Virus record (IMG/VR): IMGVR_UViG_3300021399_000102
Coordinates: 128,001-192,000 of that record
DNA length: 64,000 nucleotides
Origin: a virus
Lineage: Duplodnaviria; Caudoviricetes
Direction: 5' to 3' (one strand)
A program made the position numbers and the translations under genes. Under the pieces are notes generated by a model. That model had not been told where the DNA came from, made no database searches, and worked only from the letters and a program-made list of their open reading frames with translations. How positions within the stretch are numbered: the first letter of the stretch is position 1; each line of letters begins with the position of its first letter. This document shows, one piece after another, positions 50,935-59,857 of the stretch.

Positions 50935-52158
50935 TTATACCACATCGAGGTTAGCCTGTTCAAGACGGTTCTCAGCAATCTTGAAGTATTCTGGTTCCTT
51001 CTCAATCCCCAAGAATCTCCTCCCAATCTCAATCGCTGCCACGCCAGTAGTCCCACTTCCCATGAATGGATCAAGCACCAACGCGCCCTTTGGAGCGACA
51101 AGCTTCACAAGATACTTCATCAACTCAATGGGTTTGACTGTTGGATGTATGTTCTCCCGACCCTTCTCCTTCTTGCTTGCCTTTGGACAATAGAAGAAAC
51201 GTGCGGCAGAGCCAATGGACGTGTCAGAGCCGGCAGAGGTGTAGTCCGTAGGCTCTCCATTGTTGTTGAATGGGCGCGCCCCATTTGTCCGATTCCAGGT
51301 TCCACCCTTCACATTGTCAGGGAACACTTCAAGAACCTCGTCAGAGCCATCGTGGATGAGGTTTGCTGGGAAACGTCCCCTGTTCTCCATCCAAGTCCCC
51401 AAGTCCTTGTGACCACTGTCGTATATCATCTCTTTCTTTGGTGAATGTATCACCACTGGCTTGTCAGATTCCACCCTGCACTCGTCTATGTTCAGACCAC
51501 CAACACCCCACTTCAGAACATTGTCGGCTATTGTCCCCTCCACTGGCTTCCTCGCAAGGACAATAGGCTCGAACGCTGGCTTGAGGCAAGTACCCCAACC
51601 ACTCCACTTCTTGGCTTCCTCAGTAATCGGAATCAAGTCCTCTCTTGGACATGTGCAAGGGTTGGCCGAGAAGAATGGCTTTCCGCACTTCGGACATCTG
51701 TTCTTCATTCCAAAGTCAATCGTTCCCTCATGGTCTCCAACAGCAGCCCTTACTGCCCTTTGCGCACCCAACTTCTTGTCAATTGCCTTTGAGATGTCCA
51801 TAGACTTCGGCATGCCCGAGCTGTAAATCCACCCAAGGCATTCTCGACATTCCCACCCAGCATCCTCTATGGCGCAAGTCAAACGATGATATGTCCGAGT
51901 TCCACCAAACGCCAGAAGATGCGCACCTGGTTTCGCAATTCGAAGCATCTCCTTGAACAATGGGGTCATGTCGGCTTGAAACGCCTGATTGTCAGTCATT
52001 CCCTCCTTCTTGAAGGTGTCAAACCCCTTGCTCATGAACGAAATGCCATAAGGGGGATCTGTAACGATTGCATCAATCGAATTGTCTGACATGCGCTTCA
52101 TCACGTCAAGACAATCAGCATTCACTGCCCCATAGAGCTTTCCACCACTCTTACACAT
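50935..52158 (-). CDS. DNA methyltransferase (beta class, DPPY motif)
   Basis: VTDPPY, GRFPAN, HPTVKP, VLDPFMGSGTT. Confidence 0.92.
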   Translation of the reverse strand: MCKSGGKLYGAVNADCLDVMKRMSDNSIDAIVTDPPYGISFMSKGFDTFKKEGMTDNQAFQADMTPLFKEMLRIAKPGAHLLAFGGTRTYHRLTCAIEDAGWECRECLGWIYSSGMPKSMDISKAIDKKLGAQRAVRAAVGDHEGTIDFGMKNRCPKCGKPFFSANPCTCPREDLIPITEEAKKWSGWGTCLKPAFEPIVLARKPVEGTIADNVLKWGVGGLNIDECRVESDKPVVIHSPKKEMIYDSGHKDLGTWMENRGRFPANLIHDGSDEVLEVFPDNVKGGTWNRTNGARPFNNNGEPTDYTSAGSDTSIGSAARFFYCPKASKKEKGRENIHPTVKPIELMKYLVKLVAPKGALVLDPFMGSGTTGVAAIEIGRRFLGIEKEPEYFKIAENRLEQANLDVV

Positions 52159-52462
52159 CTCTGTTCTTCTCGTCTTTCTTCTTATCAGTTCCAATTGCCC
52201 TTCTAATGACATACCCTATTGTGGATAGAGCCATTCCAAACATCCCAAACAAAATGCCAATCAATACGACAGCACCACCGACCAGAAGCAGAAGGAGAAC
52301 AGAAGGCCATAAGAACGCCAACATCCCAATAGGAATGTATAAATCAAACACGACATTCAAGTCCAACTCGTTCCACTTGATGTCTTTCCCAAACCACATT
52401 CCAACCAAGATTGGGAACAGAACCACACCCACCCAATAGATTATCCAAAGCATCGTTTCCAT
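52151..52462 (-). CDS. membrane protein
   Basis: Hydrophobic, with an FLWP motif resembling the next gene. Confidence 0.7.
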   Translation of the reverse strand: METMLWIIYWVGVVLFPILVGMWFGKDIKWNELDLNVVFDLYIPIGMLAFLWPSVLLLLLVGGAVVLIGILFGMFGMALSTIGYVIRRAIGTDKKKDEKNRDV

Positions 52463-52463
52463 A

Positions 52464-52772
52464 TCAGTTGTTCTCCCCTTTCTTTGTCATTCTGCGCTCA
52501 TACCACCAATCAGAAATCTGATTGCACCAATCCTCGCCCTTGTACATCAAGAACTGAATAGGCTTGAATACAAGAACAAACAATACTCCAATCACAAGAC
52601 CGGCCACAATTGCGCAAGCCAGAAGAACTGGCCAGAACAATATCATGATCAAGAACACCAAAATGTCAAAGTTGTCGAACCTGGCTCTCTTTGGATGCAT
52701 ATACGCTCCCAACCCAATAGTTGCAATCAATACTCCAATCAAGTACAATGCAATTGCTGCTTCAATAGGCAT
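52464..52772 (-). CDS. membrane protein
   Basis: Hydrophobic, with an LFWP motif. Confidence 0.7.
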   Translation of the reverse strand: MPIEAAIALYLIGVLIATIGLGAYMHPKRARFDNFDILVFLIMILFWPVLLACAIVAGLVIGVLFVLVFKPIQFLMYKGEDWCNQISDWWYERRMTKKGENN

Positions 52773-52827
52773 GATGATTCCCCCTCTCTTGATAATTATA
52801 TATTGTCATCTTGCTTACCAACATGTC

Positions 52828-53280
52828 TCAATGCCCCTTCCTCTTCCTGTCATGCTCGTCCCTGGATTCATAGGTCTTCTGCTTCAAGACATTTACGCAA
52901 TAGTCGTTCTCAGTCAATATCGCAGCAACCTTCCTTGAAAGTTCCCTCACCTTCTCCTCAGCATAGGCAAACACCCTGATGTCGGGCATTCGATCCTCTG
53001 GCCACTTTCCGGTCATCCAGGGGTAATTAGGGTCGTCCATGTCTGGGTTCTGCTCCTTCGTGGGCTTTGGAAGCTTCTTGAACAAGTCGTTGCGCTTCTT
53101 CAACTCCACTTGCATGTAGATTGCAAGTTTGCACCAATCGTGATCGGTGTCATGCGCCGGTCTCTCAGACCTAATCCTGTCCAAGAGCCACTTGTACCAC
53201 TTCGTGGTCTTCTTCCACCGATCGTATTCAGACCCATAGGGAATGAATGGATATGATTTTCTAAACTGGTCAATGGTCAT
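52828..53280 (-). CDS. hypothetical protein
   Basis: AAGGAG RBS. PAHDTDHDW resembles PAHGTSHDW in 49898-50278. Confidence 0.7.
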   Translation of the reverse strand: MTIDQFRKSYPFIPYGSEYDRWKKTTKWYKWLLDRIRSERPAHDTDHDWCKLAIYMQVELKKRNDLFKKLPKPTKEQNPDMDDPNYPWMTGKWPEDRMPDIRVFAYAEEKVRELSRKVAAILTENDYCVNVLKQKTYESRDEHDRKRKGH

Positions 53281-53293
53281 TTCACAATCTCCT

Positions 53294-53509
53294 TCATCCC
53301 TTTATTTTTCTTTCCGTATTTGCGATTTTCCCCAAAATCTCGTTCGTCTCAATTTCTGTGACCGTAGCGAACCCATTGAGCAACATCATAGTTCCACCAA
53401 GGATGCAATAGAGGGCAATACTGTTCTTGCCATGACCCTTGGCGACCCCAGCAATGAAGCAGAATATTCCAAACGTCAAGATTGATGCGAACTTTATGAA
53501 ACCCTTCAT
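53294..53509 (-). CDS. small membrane protein
   Basis: Two hydrophobic segments. Confidence 0.55.
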   Translation of the reverse strand: MKGFIKFASILTFGIFCFIAGVAKGHGKNSIALYCILGGTMMLLNGFATVTEIETNEILGKIANTERKIKG

Positions 53510-53513
53510 GTCA

Positions 53514-53726
53514 TCAAAATCCTTTCTTGTGCATAATCCAAAGCCAACCACCAGCAACTATGGCAGAGAACAATAGACATATTCCAAGGCAAATTGCGAC
53601 ATCTTTGCCATCTGGGGCTTGATTCTGCCTACAAGCGAGATCTTCGTTGTCATCCATCAATATTGTATTGTAGATGTTCCCAGGAACTGCCATATATGCC
53701 GGACTTGTTAAGATATTGTTGTTCAC
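53514..53726 (-). CDS. small membrane protein
   Basis: AAGGAG RBS and a C-terminal transmembrane helix. Confidence 0.55.
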   Translation of the reverse strand: MNNNILTSPAYMAVPGNIYNTILMDDNEDLACRQNQAPDGKDVAICLGICLLFSAIVAGGWLWIMHKKGF

Positions 53727-53754
53727 AATTTCTCCTTGTTCAATATTCGACCCT

Positions 53755-53791
53755 ATTATATCACATCAGTGTCCGAAAGTCAATATCCCTT
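53755..53791 (-). promoter_or_regulatory. sigma70-type early promoter
   Basis: AAGGGATA-TTGACT-17 nt-TATAAT. Confidence 0.75.
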
Positions 53792-53793
53792 CG

Positions 53794-54009
53794 TCAATCT
53801 TCTGGAGACAACACGAATTGGGCAAAGCATTGAAGTATGTTCCCACACTTCCAACTGTCAGAATCCAGAAGCCCGATTATCTCGCCCCTTCTCCTAATGC
53901 ATCCCATTGGACATCCTTGTTCGCAATAGTTGCAATGTTCCACAAACGCCTTGACCAATTCCGAGGAACTGTTGACAACATCGCATTTCCGTTTGGACTT
54001 CCTCGCCAC
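53794..54009 (-). CDS. small Cys-rich protein
   Basis: RKCDVV...CEQGCP. Confidence 0.5.
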   Translation of the reverse strand: MARKSKRKCDVVNSSSELVKAFVEHCNYCEQGCPMGCIRRRGEIIGLLDSDSWKCGNILQCFAQFVLSPED

Positions 54010-54010
54010 A

Positions 54011-54307
54011 TTACCCCCTTCTGCCAAGAATTCGCTTGTACTCGGCGATGTCATTGTCCAAGTGTTTGTTGTACCTGTCCACAATGTCATAGTACATATT
54101 CTTCCAACTCTCCTTCTCCCTCCACAACTTGCAACAAGCGGAAAGAAGCGTCTTCATGTCATTTTCAAGTGGTCTGCCATCCTTCATCTTGTCCACAACG
54201 CGAAGCATGAACGTCTCCAACTTCCCACGGTCTATGTTGCCGGAGGTTGAATCCAATACGTTCTCAATCATCACCTTCAGGATGTCGTCGAAGTTGTCGT
54301 CAATCAT
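54011..54307 (-). CDS. hypothetical protein
   Basis: Start MIDDNF. Confidence 0.6.
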   Translation of the reverse strand: MIDDNFDDILKVMIENVLDSTSGNIDRGKLETFMLRVVDKMKDGRPLENDMKTLLSACCKLWREKESWKNMYYDIVDRYNKHLDNDIAEYKRILGRRG

Positions 54308-54500
54308 TGTCTTTCTTCTCCATTTCAATCTTGCATTTCCAATATTCGGTGGCATAGTCAAGCAAGTTCCCACGACACCTTTGGCACAAATCCACCAAGG
54401 ATTCAATGCTTGTCGCGCCAGAGACATCAAGCCTGCCTGCTGTCTCTGCCATGACGTGTATGGCTTCTTCAGCCTTCTTCAAGAGGTCATTTTCATTCAT
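54300..54500 (-). CDS. hypothetical protein
   Basis: Start MNENDLL, after a TTTACC-17-TATAAT promoter at ~54519-54547. Confidence 0.6.
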   Translation of the reverse strand: MNENDLLKKAEEAIHVMAETAGRLDVSGATSIESLVDLCQRCRGNLLDYATEYWKCKIEMEKKDND

Positions 54501-54588
54501 AGGAATATCCTTTGCCATATTATACCACTTTTCCTTGAAATGGTAAAGTTCAATCAGAATCCAGATTGTATCATCTGCCGAAGACGAC

Positions 54589-54625
54589 AAAAAGATGGTT
54601 CTTTTGTAACCAAAGAAACCATCAA
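54589..54625 (-). terminator. intrinsic terminator closing the tRNA operon
   Basis: GATGGTTTCTTT/AAAAGAACCATC stem followed by TTTTT. Confidence 0.6.
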
Positions 54626-54634
54626 AGAAGGATC

Positions 54635-54845
54635 GGGGTTTTCTCGCCAAGGACAATCCCACATCGCACACCGATGGGAACATCTTTTAAGGCGAAGGAC
54701 GCTGTGCTGCGCGTATATCGTCTATGCCAACCCCCATACCCGCATAGACACAACCCACCGCCTGTCAATCCATTGCAATAGATGTTCCGGAAACACCAAG
54801 TTGGTGGATATGGCTGCGCATTGGGAAGATGATTGGGACCTATTG
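54635..54845 (-). ncRNA. candidate structured RNA
   Basis: GGAACATCT/AGATGTTCC, GTCTATGC/GCATAGAC and CATCG/CGATG helices. Confidence 0.5.
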
Positions 54846-54874
54846 AACAAGCCAATCAGGATATAGAAGGAAAC

Positions 54875-54949
54875 TGGAGCCTCCACCCCGGGTCGAACGG
54901 GGACGAGCTGATTACAAATCAGCCATTCTACCATTACAATTATAGAGGC
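54875..54949 (-). tRNA. tRNA-Thr(UGU)
   Basis: Cloverleaf, anticodon loop TTTGTAA, CCA. Confidence 0.9.
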
Positions 54950-54959
54950 AACTTGAAAC

Positions 54960-55034
54960 TGGTGGACCGCCGGGGAGTTCAACCCCGCTATCTGCCGTGC
55001 AAAGGCAGTGTAATAAGCGATATACGAGCAGCCC
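54960..55034 (-). tRNA. tRNA-Ala(UGC)
   Basis: Loop TTTGCAC, G3-U70, CCA. Confidence 0.88.
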
Positions 55035-55064
55035 ATTGTAAATCCTATTGTCAATTATACGAAA

Positions 55065-55823
55065 TCATTTAAGCAGAAGTGAATCATTCAAAATTATTTT
55101 TCCATCTACAAAGTCTTTATATTGTTTCTCACCAATAAAGTAGATTCTTATTCCTGGATTATTTTCCAAGACAAGACTCATCTTTTCCTTGTCTTTGTCT
55201 GAATAATAACCCTTTACTTCAATATACTCGTTTGTATCAGGTAAGTAGAAATCTGGATTATAGGTCTTGCGTATTCCATCCTTAATGTATTTCAATGATT
55301 TGTTTCTGATCCAATTTATGTCGGTTGAAGTTAATTTGTTGGCAACATTCTCCTCCCAGTGACCCCGTACAGTATATTCAACCCCATCTAAGTTCTTCAC
55401 TTTATACCAACCAACATCTTTGAATCCCCCTTTACACGAATCAAGATATTTAGAACGAATTTCAGAAAGTTTCTCTCGTGTTTCTTTGGTGTGAGTATGA
55501 TGTAAAATTCTTTTTTGTGAGATTTTATTTTTCTCTGCTATTTGTCTTATTTTTATTGATGTCTCGCTGGTCAATCCCTTGTTCCATGCCATTCCCTTCT
55601 TAAATCCATGTTTCTCTTTTCTATGGATTTGCATTTCTTTTCTTGTACAGAAAATACTTCCACAAATTGTACACTTCCAAGTGTGTTGTTGTCTATTCAC
55701 ATTAAAATTGCACACATGATGTTTGACTTGTTTGCCAATGAATACATGCCTACAATGATTGGAGCAGAATCTTCCGCTCCCATATGTCCCATCATGGGGA
55801 TTTCCACAATTCTCACATTTCAT
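55065..55823 (-). CDS. free-standing endonuclease (zinc fingers, NUMOD3-like, PD-(D/E)XK)
   Basis: CENCG, CTICG, AWNKG, YNPDFYLP...IEVKGY. Confidence 0.8.
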   Translation of the reverse strand: MKCENCGNPHDGTYGSGRFCSNHCRHVFIGKQVKHHVCNFNVNRQQHTWKCTICGSIFCTRKEMQIHRKEKHGFKKGMAWNKGLTSETSIKIRQIAEKNKISQKRILHHTHTKETREKLSEIRSKYLDSCKGGFKDVGWYKVKNLDGVEYTVRGHWEENVANKLTSTDINWIRNKSLKYIKDGIRKTYNPDFYLPDTNEYIEVKGYYSDKDKEKMSLVLENNPGIRIYFIGEKQYKDFVDGKIILNDSLLLK

Positions 55824-55935
55824 AATTTTACCTTTAGTTTAATGTCGTTGTTCGCTCAACGACATCTTTATTTACAATTATACGAAAAGTTGTCCTCGAA
55901 TCTGTTGGAGCGAACCATGAGTCCGAGGGCAAAAT

Positions 55936-56028
55936 TGGTTGGGGAGGCGGGGCTCGAACCCGCGATTGATGTAATCTCAAGAACCAACTACGTTTCTACG
56001 GCTTATAAGACCGCGTCGCTACTCCCCA
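55936..56028 (-). tRNA. atypical tRNA-Ile(UAU) lacking a normal D-arm
   Basis: Acceptor TGGGGAG/CTCCCCA, loop CTTATAA, canonical T-arm, ACCA. Only ~5 nt where the D-arm should be. Confidence 0.65.
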
Positions 56029-56044
56029 TTGAAATTAAAAGTTG

Positions 56045-56140
56045 AAGCCCAAGAAATGGGTCAAATACATCGGTTTTCTTCCGAAGTGAAATCCCCATCT
56101 TCGCCGTTTAGACATTTCTGATTTATAACTCTTGGACTTC
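56045..56140 (-). ncRNA. candidate closed-stem RNA
   Basis: GAAGTCCAAGA / TCTTGGGCTTC terminal helix. Confidence 0.45.
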
Positions 56141-56306
56141 TGGGAGTTATACCCGGCGCGTTCAATCACTCCGCCACCATACCACAGGCTGCGATAGGGA
56201 GGGATTCAAACCCCCGGTCGAAGATTCGCCTTTCAGCAAAAGATAACACCCAACAGCAACCGGTTTGCGGTGGGTATTCTTCGACACCGAACACTGTTAT
56301 CTCCCA
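56141..56306 (-). ncRNA. circularly permuted tRNA-like RNA (Y RNA/YrlA-like candidate)
   Basis: Order is T-arm, loop-closed acceptor stem, D-arm. The ends pair TGGGAG/CTCCCA. Confidence 0.65.
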
Positions 56307-56320
56307 TTTAACTTGAAACC

Positions 56321-56397
56321 TGGAGCATCAGATGGAACTCGAATCCACAACCTCGTCCATGGCAAGGACGCGCTCTGACCAATTGAGCTACTGACGC
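56321..56397 (-). tRNA. tRNA-Gly(GCC)
   Basis: Canonical, loop TTGCCAT. Confidence 0.92.
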
Positions 56398-56401
56398 AAG
56401 A

Positions 56402-56476
56402 TTGCCGTGCGATTTCACTGCCGACCGATGTGCCCGAAGCATCTATCATTCGCCCGATCAAGCTTCAACACGGCAA
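56402..56476 (-). ncRNA. candidate closed-stem RNA
   Basis: TTGCCGTG/CACGGCAA terminal helix. Confidence 0.45.
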
Positions 56477-56479
56477 AAG

Positions 56480-56554
56480 TGGATCGAATGATGGGTGCTG
56501 CTCCCACTTAATCCAACCTGGCAGATTGGTGTACTGCTGATGTACCACATTCGC
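56480..56554 (-). tRNA. tRNA-Gly(GCC), non-canonical elbow
   Basis: Loop CTGCCAG, T-loop AGCAGCA. Confidence 0.75.
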
Positions 56555-56561
56555 ATTAAAT

Positions 56562-56637
56562 TGGTGCGATGTGCCGGTGACGCTCCGGCCCGTTCAGCTT
56601 GGAAGGCTGACATCCTGCTAACATAAATGAACATCGC
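56562..56637 (-). tRNA. tRNA-Gly(UCC)
   Basis: Loop CTTCCAA, T-loop AGCGTCA. Confidence 0.82.
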
Positions 56638-56676
56638 AAAAATCCTTAAACCATGACGAAAGGGAAGCATTGAAAC

Positions 56677-56751
56677 TGGTTGTCCCGCCAGGATGTGCGC
56701 CTGGTCTAAGGGTATCAAAAACCCCTGTGCGGACTGATACACCACAGGACA
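56677..56751 (-). tRNA. tRNA-Gln(UUG)
   Basis: Loop TTTTGAT, U1-A72. Confidence 0.82.
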
Positions 56752-56761
56752 TACATTGAAA

Positions 56762-56999
56762 TTGGGCAGGGTTTGCTTTTCCGGGGTCACCTGCGTTCTC
56801 CCCAACCGAAGACCCACGAGGGGCTTTTGATGTTTCTCGTTCGGCATCCACCTGGGGGATGGCGATACACGCAGTAGGCTACGCTGCTCCCTGGGTCTGC
56901 TGTTCCCCCAGCTCAGCCCAACACGTTCTTGGGACTTCACCAACGGTCGATTCGTCTACGTCCTGTTGGCTTGCATATGGCGTTGTTCGTGATATCCCA
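56762..56999 (-). ncRNA. one or two GC-rich candidate structured RNAs
   Basis: TTGGGC/GCCCAA (56762-56921) and TGGGA/TCCCA (56930-56999) closing helices. Confidence 0.45.
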
Positions 57000-57012
57000 C
57001 AATATTGAACTC

Positions 57013-57087
57013 AAGCAACACGTCGGGATTCGGACCACGGTCTCCCCCCATACGAGAGGTATTCTGCCTTTTTGAACTATTCGTGTC
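57013..57087 (-). pseudogene. degenerate tRNA
   Basis: D-arm and TCCGAAT T-loop present, anticodon loop broken, no CCA. Confidence 0.5.
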
Positions 57088-57441
57088 TAATCCTCATGTG
57101 ACGAACAACACCTAAAGAGGGAGTGTTTGCAGAGCAAGACTTCACCGGTAGCCACCATCTTGCTTTTCGACTGCTGGGGTTTCTATCATTCACTCTTCCA
57201 GAATGCATCGAAACTAGGAACTTGCGCGTTAACCTACACACATCACATCCCCTGAACACACAACCCATATTGAAATTCTTGAAGCGGAGTTTGCTTGTGG
57301 ATGCGTCTATAGCCACAGAGCCACCATGTTTACGGACCAGGAAAGAAGCTTTCTGACCCCTGAATCCTATTTGTCCATTCATGACTGAACAACCCTCAGA
57401 CGCTTATTATGTCTTCTCCGCACAATCTATCTGAGGGAAAT

Positions 57442-57517
57442 TGGTGTCCCAGACTTGAGTCGAACAAGCCACCTGATTCTTAGGAGGAATCCGCTCTTCC
57501 TGATGAGCTACTGGGAC
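57442..57517 (-). tRNA. tRNA-Arg(CCU)
   Basis: Loop CTCCTAA. Confidence 0.92.
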
Positions 57518-57532
57518 ATTGAAATGCAGGAA

Positions 57533-57628
57533 GGAAGAAGAACGTAGTGGACTCGAACCACCTCAGCCGTCGCATTCTCAATCAAGAGTGGGAACACCCA
57601 TCCCAGATGTACGTTCTTGCTTCTCTCT
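57533..57628 (-). ncRNA. tRNA-like RNA with extended acceptor stem and no CCA
   Basis: GGTGG-TTCGAGT-CCACT T-arm, AAGAACGT/ACGTTCTT stem. Confidence 0.5.
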
Positions 57629-57632
57629 CAAA

Positions 57633-57706
57633 TGGCGGGGTATCCGGGTGCTGCCCCCGGGACGCAAGTTAGACAGACTAACGTGATACTGTTTCACCAA
57701 TACCCC
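57633..57706 (-). tRNA. tRNA-Asp(GUC)
   Basis: Loop CTGTCTA, T-loop GGCAGCA. Confidence 0.8.
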
Positions 57707-57719
57707 CTTGAAATAGCAA

Positions 57720-57879
57720 GGTCTCATTTTTCAACCACTCGCCACCCATCCTACTCGGATTTTGAGATGTCTCCTGTACGGGGAGCCACGTATACTTTCG
57801 CTCGCCACTACTCGCGCACCGCCCATATTGGCGGCCTCTACTGTCCTTTCAGCCTTAGCCTTGTCCGTTGTATGAGACC
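57720..57879 (-). ncRNA. candidate ~160-nt closed-stem RNA
   Basis: GGTCTCAT/ATGAGACC terminal helix. Confidence 0.5.
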
Positions 57880-57969
57880 CATATGTGAATCTGTTGCGTT
57901 CACGTGTTCTACGCAACTTCTGGCATGCCGAGGGGATGATCCACAATCCCCAAATCAAATCCATTCACT

Positions 57970-58112
57970 TGTCAAAGAACAACCTTTGTCTAATGCGCAA
58001 GCATTATTCAAAGAGCAATGTCTTTCCGGATGTTCTTGGACACATCCATCAAAGAGCAATAGCCATCAAAATTGGCATAGATAATTATACAATACATCAC
58101 GACCCAAGTAAA
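57970..58112 (-). promoter_or_regulatory. internal promoter with three boxA-like sites in its leader
   Basis: TTTACT-17-TATAAT. TGCTCTTTGA twice and TGTTCTTTGA once. Confidence 0.7.
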
Positions 58113-58130
58113 GGGAATTTTCAACAAAAA

Positions 58131-58208
58131 TGGTCTTCACGGAAGGAATCGAACCTTCGACCTCCACTATGTCAAAGTGGCACTCTTAACCTACTGAGCT
58201 ACGCGAAG
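58131..58208 (-). tRNA. tRNA-Val(GAC)
   Basis: Loop TTGACAT. Confidence 0.92.
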
Positions 58209-58210
58209 TT

Positions 58211-58285
58211 TGGTGGATGAGGAGAGAATCGGACTCCCAGCACATACCATGTGAAGGTATTGCTCTACCATTGAGCTACTCATCC
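58211..58285 (-). tRNA. tRNA-Val(CAC)
   Basis: Loop TTCACAT. Confidence 0.88.
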
Positions 58286-58295
58286 ATATTGAAAT

Positions 58296-58372
58296 TGGGT
58301 TGTCTTGCTGGTTCTGCCCCAGCGATTTCCCCGTCCACAGCGGGGCGTCTTCACTACTCGACCAAAGACAAC
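58296..58372 (-). tRNA. tRNA-His(GUG)
   Basis: Loop CTGTGGA, G-1/C73. Confidence 0.85.
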
Positions 58373-58381
58373 ATCTAAATT

Positions 58382-58464
58382 CGGAGTGTGATAGATTTGC
58401 ACTATCGGATGCTTTCACATCACAGATTTCCAATCTGACCCAATAACTACTCTGGCAACACTCC
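58382..58464 (-). tRNA. tRNA-Ser(GGA)
   Basis: Long variable arm, CCA not encoded. Confidence 0.82.
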
Positions 58465-58471
58465 ATAAATT

Positions 58472-58566
58472 CGGAGTTGGGTGGATTTGAACCACCACAG
58501 GGACTTTGACATCCCCTACTAACGGTTTAGCAAACCGTGGCCTTACCTGGTTAGGCTTACAACTCC
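58472..58566 (-). tRNA. tRNA-Ser(GCU)
   Basis: Long variable arm, CCA not encoded. Confidence 0.85.
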
Positions 58567-58573
58567 ATAAAAG

Positions 58574-58662
58574 TGGAAGAGGGTATCCGATTCGGACGGA
58601 TGGACGCTATTAACGCCACAGAGGTTCAAGCTCTGCTCAATAGACCACTCTGACAACCCTCC
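58574..58662 (-). tRNA. tRNA-Ser(UGA)
   Basis: Loop CTTGAAC, long variable arm. Confidence 0.85.
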
Positions 58663-58673
58663 ATTGAAATCTA

Positions 58674-58759
58674 CGGATGGAGCTGGACTTGCACCAACAT
58701 GTGGCTTTCACCACCCTTGCTTTCGAGGCAAGACCTTTACTATTTAGGAGAATCCATCC
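58674..58759 (-). tRNA. tRNA-Ser(CGA)
   Basis: Loop CTCGAAA, long variable arm. Confidence 0.8.
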
Positions 58760-59033
58760 ATCTTGAAATTGAAAAGGAATATGGCGTTCCTGTTTCGCAA
58801 GGTTATGAGCCTTGAATACGACATGGACTCAGATGACTACTCGCTGTGGCTGGTCACATCTTCCGGAAGTTTTGCGGACTTGACTTTTTTAGTCCCGCCA
58901 GTTGGAGCATTGCTTTCGCACCACTTGTTGCTGTATCGCACAAGCATATTTCGTCATTCAGGCTTGCCATCAAGCCTTGGCTTTTCTGCTACCCCCAGGG
59001 AGAGAAATGCCAACAAAGAGACATCGTTGAAAT

Positions 59034-59192
59034 TGAACCAGAGACCAGAATTATTCGGCATGAACTTGCTTGGCATCGTCACACCAAGTATGTAGGTTCA
59101 TACGTCAACCTTTAACGACTGCAAGAGTTGGACGTACACGAGGTTGCTATCCATTGGTACGTGTGGTCTTCTTCGGCGCTTATCTCTGTTCA
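59034..59192 (-). ncRNA. candidate multibranch RNA
   Basis: TGAACAGAGA/TCTCTGGTTCA closing helix and several internal hairpins. Confidence 0.5.
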
Positions 59193-59240
59193 GACCATCT
59201 TCATGCGAGTCTTATGACTGGAATGCGAATCCAATCAAAA

Positions 59241-59328
59241 TGATGGAAGCAGTGGGATTCGGGCCCACATTGGGGATTTCACCCATCCGCTTACCGAAGA
59301 TTCCTTTCCTGTTCGGTTTCATGCTCCC
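59241..59328 (-). ncRNA. tRNA-like RNA with rearranged D/anticodon region
   Basis: Acceptor GGGAGCA/TGCTTCC, T-arm GTGGG-CCCGAAT-CCCAC. Confidence 0.5.
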
Positions 59329-59333
59329 ATAAA

Positions 59334-59419
59334 TGGTCGGAGTGGAGGGATTTGAACCCCCGAGGCTTTCGCATCTGCTCCCAAAGCAGACCCGGTACCA
59401 GGCTACGGTCTACACTCCG
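59334..59419 (-). tRNA. tRNA-Pro(UGG) with long variable arm
   Basis: Loop TTTGGGA, C1-G72. Confidence 0.85.
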
Positions 59420-59432
59420 ATGTAAATTGTAA

Positions 59433-59848
59433 ATGAACCATCCGACTGGGAGTTGCCCCACCTTGCGTCTAAACAAACGCTGCGCAAGCAACCATCGCAG
59501 GACATCCCACGAATTTTCACCATATCCCATTTATCTGCATCCACCTGCAACGGATGTACCCCTCCACTTTTATTGTGTGAATCATTGGGATCCGCCAAGG
59601 CAGATCGTTATCTAGGACTTTCCATTGCTCATGGGTAGCCTTTCTTTCGGGTATGCACCTTCGTTTATACGAAGCATCTCCTCTTCTCGGAGAAACCTTC
59701 GCAATCAGCATGAGTTTTGCTACTCTACTCACCACTATAGTGCGCCCATTCACTCATTAAGGGGCTTGGTTTAACTTACTTTCCATTGTGGTGTAAGGCT
59801 GCCGTTGAAGCATTAAGCATACTGGGTTTCACTCCCCATCTGGTTCAT
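59433..59848 (-). ncRNA. ~416-nt large structured RNA candidate
   Basis: ATGAACCA/TGGTTCAT plus GGGAGT/ACTCCC end-to-end helices. No convincing ORF. Confidence 0.6.
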
Positions 59849-59857
59849 AAAGTCGAT

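Noticed and set aside
56045-56306. Two-piece permuted tmRNA
   Set aside because: The acceptor stem lacks Ala G3-U70 identity and CCA, and there is no convincing tag reading frame.
59433-59848. RNase P RNA (contains GGAAAGTCC)
   Set aside because: The motif lies mid-molecule and I could not find the matching 3' P4 strand. Left as an unclassified large RNA.
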